The notes beneath the pieces are model-generated. The model saw nothing but the letters and a program-made list of their open reading frames with translations. It was not told the DNA's origin and searched no databases. Made by a program: the position numbers and the translations under genes. Positions 61,365-64,000 of a stretch of 64,000 bases of DNA are shown piece by piece. How positions within the stretch are numbered: position 1 is the stretch's first letter; each line of letters opens with the position of its first letter. The stretch comes from Candidatus Cloacimonadales bacterium (lineage in GTDB: Bacteria; Cloacimonadota; Cloacimonadia; Cloacimonadales; DAONDQ01). The stretch covers positions 2,080,001 through 2,144,000 of the forward strand of contig OY759316.1 in the NCBI GenBank assembly GCA_963662275.1. Reading direction: 5' to 3'.

Positions 61365-61618
61365 CCCTACCTCCTTCTATGCGTTTTGTATCTTCATATT
61401 GTATAAAATAACAGAGAATCCGATTTAAGAAAATAGTCAATGCTTTTTAGGAGAAAGAAAGGAAGTTCTATTTTTTCTTGAAATTGATAGGGCATTTGTC
61501 TGAATGAAGATGAACTGAAAATGAGAAATAAAGAGATTGATTACAAAGGAAAATCAATTTCTAATATGAATCTTGACATATTATTACACATTCATTTGAT
61601 GATAAAGAAGGGGTTTGA

Positions 61619-62065
61619 ATGTCTGATTATGTAAGAGACAAAAGGTCGCCATGGCCCAAGAATGAAAATACATCAAAGGTGATGAGTGCCAATAAAGCAA
61701 AAAATACAAAACCTGAATTGAAATTACGACATGCTCTCTGGTCTAATGGGATAAAAGGATATCGAATTCATTATAAAAAAGTTCCTGGAAATCCTGATAT
61801 CTGTTTTGTTGGGAAAAGAATAGCTATATTTGTTAATGGATGCTTTTGGCATCATTGTCCTGAATGTCAGCATGATTACCCAAAAAATAATAGACAATTT
61901 TGGATTGATAAATTAAATAGAAATAAATTACGTGATATTAGAAAAATTGAAGAGCTCGAAATTATAGGTTGGAAAGCAATAGTAATTTGGGAATGTCAAA
62001 TTCAGTCCGATATAAATTTATGTGTCGATTTAATCAGATTAAATGTGGAGTTATCAATTGGATGA
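61619..62065 (+). CDS. vsr: Very short patch repair endonuclease
   Basis: MS..KNTKPE, PGNPDI, FVNGCFWH, FW..K..RN..RD, IWEC. Confidence 0.93.
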   Translation: MSDYVRDKRSPWPKNENTSKVMSANKAKNTKPELKLRHALWSNGIKGYRIHYKKVPGNPDICFVGKRIAIFVNGCFWHHCPECQHDYPKNNRQFWIDKLNRNKLRDIRKIEELEIIGWKAIVIWECQIQSDINLCVDLIRLNVELSIG

Positions 62066-63758
62066 ATCATTAACTGTCATTGATTTCTTTTGTGGTGCTG
62101 GTGGCTTTTCTGAAGGCTTCAGACAAAATGGATTTAAAATTATTCGCGGCATCGATAATTGGAAGCCAGCAATCGATACTTATAATTTTAATTTTGAATT
62201 AAATTGTTCCGTTAAAAATGTTCTTGATTTTGAAAAATCAATTGAAGAAATTGAACAAATTGAAAACTCCGATGTTATTCTTGGTAGTCCTCCTTGTGTC
62301 TCTTTCTCGAATTCGAATAAATCTGGTAAAGCTGATAAAGCTCTTGGTGTTAAGCTTGTAGAAGTATTTTTAAGAATTGTAGCAATAAAAAAATATATGA
62401 AAGATTCCATTCTCAAAGCTTGGTATATGGAAAATGTGCCTAATTCTCAAAAGCACTTGAAGGATAAATATTCATTCGTTGATCTTGGCTTGTCTGATTG
62501 GGCAGAAACAAATGGAATAGATGCTGAATCAATTGCAATAGATATTACTGATAGCAAATTTGTAGTTGATGCTGCAAATTATGGAACACCACAGCATAGA
62601 AAAAGACTAATCACTGGTGAGATTGTAAATCTTAAAAAGTTGCCCTTACCTTCATATACTCATGGGCAAGAATCAATTTTTGAAAAGGACTTTATTACTC
62701 TTTCTCTTATAAAAAATCATTTACCATGCCCAACTTGTCACAATCAAAATAGATTGGTTGTTGATCCGAACTATCCCAATTTAGAAATATCTTCAGAACT
62801 TCTTTCAGATCATTTTTACGATACTGGCATTTATGAATCAGAATGGAAAGATTCTTTATTTTTAAAACAAAATCATCCATATATGGGTAAAATGTCTTTT
62901 CCTGAGAATGAGACTAAACCAAGTAGGACAGTAACAGCCACAAATATTGCAGCTTCAAGAGAAGCTTTAATTTATCGATCAGAAATCTATCGAAAAGGAA
63001 ATGGGGAATATAGAAAACCCACAATAAGAGAAACTGGTTGTTTAATGGGATTCCCGATAACTTATCAGTTCATTGGATCTGAACATACTAAAGCCAGATT
63101 GGTTGGAAATGCCGTATGCCCTCCATTAAGTTCACACCTTGCCAAAAATCTATTAGAAATCCTTGAATTGCCAATCTTGGAAATACCTATTTTCACGAAT
63201 ATTGTAGTTCCAAATCCTACGAATCTTAATGTGGATACACTTAAATTATTTAATAATCCCCCTCAAAGGAAACCAGGTTCAAGGTTTAGAAGACATCCAT
63301 TGAAAGAAAATAACATAACTGTAAGTTTATCAAATTATCAGATTAAGGAATCAGAACCAAAGAGAAACGGATGGTATTGTTCAATCCAGAAGGGAACAGG
63401 AATAGATTTTATTACGATAGAAATTCCAAATGGCTATTGTTTTACCATAGAAGATAGAATTATGATACTTGAAAAGGGTGAGGAATTTTTAACAACTTAT
63501 TATCAACATATTGGAAATAAAATTGCTAAGTCTGAAACGCTACAAAAAATGTATGAAGAAAAAATGAACTTTAATGAGTATTTAGAACCGTCAACTTTAA
63601 TTGCTCTTCTTGGTGAGAAAATTGCAGAGTTTAAAATCGATAATAACAAAATATCGACCCTTAATTTTCCTTATATTGATAGACTTGAATACTTCACAGT
63701 TAGACAATTGTTTGCCTTATACGCGGTAAGCCATATTACTACTATAGCCAATAATTAG
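62058..63758 (+). CDS. DNA (cytosine-5) methyltransferase with C-terminal extension
   Basis: DFFCGAGG (I), GSPPC (IV), ENV (VI), QHRKR (VIII), TIRE (IX), VGNAV (X); probable TTG start overlapping vsr. Confidence 0.92.
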   Translation: MDESLTVIDFFCGAGGFSEGFRQNGFKIIRGIDNWKPAIDTYNFNFELNCSVKNVLDFEKSIEEIEQIENSDVILGSPPCVSFSNSNKSGKADKALGVKLVEVFLRIVAIKKYMKDSILKAWYMENVPNSQKHLKDKYSFVDLGLSDWAETNGIDAESIAIDITDSKFVVDAANYGTPQHRKRLITGEIVNLKKLPLPSYTHGQESIFEKDFITLSLIKNHLPCPTCHNQNRLVVDPNYPNLEISSELLSDHFYDTGIYESEWKDSLFLKQNHPYMGKMSFPENETKPSRTVTATNIAASREALIYRSEIYRKGNGEYRKPTIRETGCLMGFPITYQFIGSEHTKARLVGNAVCPPLSSHLAKNLLEILELPILEIPIFTNIVVPNPTNLNVDTLKLFNNPPQRKPGSRFRRHPLKENNITVSLSNYQIKESEPKRNGWYCSIQKGTGIDFITIEIPNGYCFTIEDRIMILEKGEEFLTTYYQHIGNKIAKSETLQKMYEEKMNFNEYLEPSTLIALLGEKIAEFKIDNNKISTLNFPYIDRLEYFTVRQLFALYAVSHITTIANN

Positions 63759-63766
63759 GAGGAAAC

Positions 63767-64000
63767 ATGGAACAAAAGCATCGGGAAGAATATTTGAAAA
63801 AATTGTTGCTTGAAGGAACACCATATTCTGCTAAAGATATTTCGTATAAAGCAAGTACGAAAACGATGAAGGTATATGAAATTAACATAGATTATCTAGT
63901 ATATAATCCATACAATGGTAGAATTGCAAGTTTAGTTAAATCTTTTGAGCGTCAAAGAGGAAATCAGCTCAACCCAGAAAGTACTGAAGATATGCAGTTT
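63767..64000 (+). CDS. Partial ORF, possibly a ParB-like domain protein (truncated by window end)
   Basis: AGGAGG RBS; open to the edge: MEQKHREEYL...VYEINIDYLVYNPYNGRIASLVKSFE. Confidence 0.6.
   Translation, partial: MEQKHREEYLKKLLLEGTPYSAKDISYKASTKTMKVYEINIDYLVYNPYNGRIASLVKSFERQRGNQLNPESTEDMQF

Overview
AT-rich bacterial chromosome segment, most consistent with Candidatus Cloacimonadota (inferred from secreted proteins with FlgD-Ig/T9SS-like C-terminal domains and the overall gene set; not verified). Housekeeping blocks: rpsO-pnp-ahcY plus nucleotide-sugar genes, tadA, tRNA-Ser(CGA), tRNA-Leu(CAG), murI, pyrG, rnr-yicC, mutL-miaA-PPIase-aroC(+chorismate mutase)-aroDE, and coaBC-SDR-DUF3108-queA-birA. 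An accessory region (about 25.2-36.4 kb) holds an FGE/CLec-fold gene whose 3' end looks like a diversity-generating retroelement (DGR) variable region, with no template repeat or reverse transcriptase in the window. It also holds a frameshifted HsdR_N-like nuclease, a tyrosine recombinase plus IS91-like Y2 transposase with inverted GTTGAAC ends, a DUF4143 ATPase, a GAF-cyclase missing two catalytic residues, and an unannotated 54-aa basic zinc-ribbon gene. From 43 to 57 kb there are secreted starch-binding/GH57-like proteins and paralogous CTD proteins, then a TPR sigma54 activator. The window ends in vsr-dcm and a truncated ParB-like ORF. Intergenic DNA is crowded with dispersed repeat families (REP-like palindromes; 7-, 9-, 11- and 51-bp periodic arrays; a ~100-bp modular element), and one heptamer array lies in frame inside mutL. 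No CRISPR array was found. All family assignments come from reading motifs by eye; no searches were run.
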